In this document: in pieces, positions 63,311-64,000 of the stretch
Layout of the letters: every line of letters starts with the position of its first letter
How positions within the stretch are numbered: the stretch's first letter is position 1
Assembly (NCBI GenBank): GCA_030265395.1
Contig: JARFYF010000017.1
Span: 29,345,415-29,409,414, forward strand
DNA: 64,000 nucleotides
Reading direction: 5' to 3'
Source: Rhina ancylostomus
Lineage: Eukaryota
Position numbers and translations under genes: made by a program
The notes under the pieces: model-generated
What the model saw: only the letters and a program-made list of their open reading frames with translations
Told to the model about the DNA's origin: nothing
Database searches by the model: none

Positions 63311-64000
63311 CTTGACATTCAATATTCTTGTTGCACTTCTCCGAGCCATTTTTAGAAGCAAGAAGAGTTTATTGGTGTAAGTGAAAATAGCTGTTTTTTT
63401 TTATGATTTGAAACTTGCTCAAGTCCATGAAAGAATTTTTAATCTGAATAAATCTCATATCAGAATCTTCAGTCACCAAACATTGTTCCTTAGATAAAAG
63501 TGCAATACTTCATAACCTAGTCCTGTTTCAAAAATAAGAACATACTTTGTATGAATTAATTTATTCATTTTAGAATGACGATGTCACCTTAGTGTGTACA
63601 AATAATTCTTTCTTAATTACATCATGCTATCACTATTACACTGTTATCAGTGTAGTTTCCGTTGTCATTTAAGCACTATTTTGGACAAAACACTGAAATT
63701 CAATTTTTAAATGATCTAATGGTAACCAAGTAGTTGTACTTAGTATTGTAGGATGTGAATGATGAATGTTGATGGAGATAGTATAAGTGTAACATGAACA
63801 GTTAATCAAAGGTCGCCTGTTATATTATCCTACTTTGTTTTTGATATGCTTAGAGAATCTACAGTATTACAGTTTTGAATTTCTCAATCATCCATACTTT
63901 ATATATCTTTCATATTTAAATAAGAGATTCTCTTCACGTTTTGTTTTAATTCGTGTATGGGATGTAGATGTTGTTAACAAAGTCAATATCTAATGCCCAA

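Noticed and set aside
63574-63604. ttttag|AATGACGATGTC... as a candidate next PHKB exon
   Set aside because: The translation NDDVTLVCTN does not match GPLENDLVVHVALIAESQR, and I see no suitable donor.

Overview
Eukaryotic, repeat-rich DNA from a cartilaginous fish. The repeat families suggest a ray/batoid, which is an inference. The assembly is a draft with many N-gaps, mostly 100 N. The whole window lies inside one + strand gene, PHKB (phosphorylase kinase regulatory subunit beta). Eight internal coding exons (26-141, 3129-3192, 6100-6195, 9558-9755, 18262-18319, 23068-23145, 42305-42463, 44064-44158) have canonical AG/GT ends. They splice into an uninterrupted 288-codon frame matching roughly human exons 7-14 (numbering recalled). 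The introns hold decayed CR1 LINEs, a second CR1-group LINE family, Rex1/Babar LINEs, Penelope-like elements (PLEs), tRNA-derived SINEs (V/HE1-type and Deu-domain type) and one probable solo LTR. Almost all ORFs in the supplied track are retroelement debris or noise. The most notable observations are: a PLE fold-back carrying a minimal hammerhead-ribozyme motif, with apparent stem covariation between subfamilies; several resolvable nested insertions with target-site duplications; an unexplained GC-rich 20-bp-arm palindrome; a cluster of three adjacent hairpins inside a diverged ~610-bp duplication; and a 25-bp micro-inversion. I found no convincing evidence of a wholly new multi-gene system. 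Repeat boundaries are approximate and family names come from recognised motifs, not database searches.
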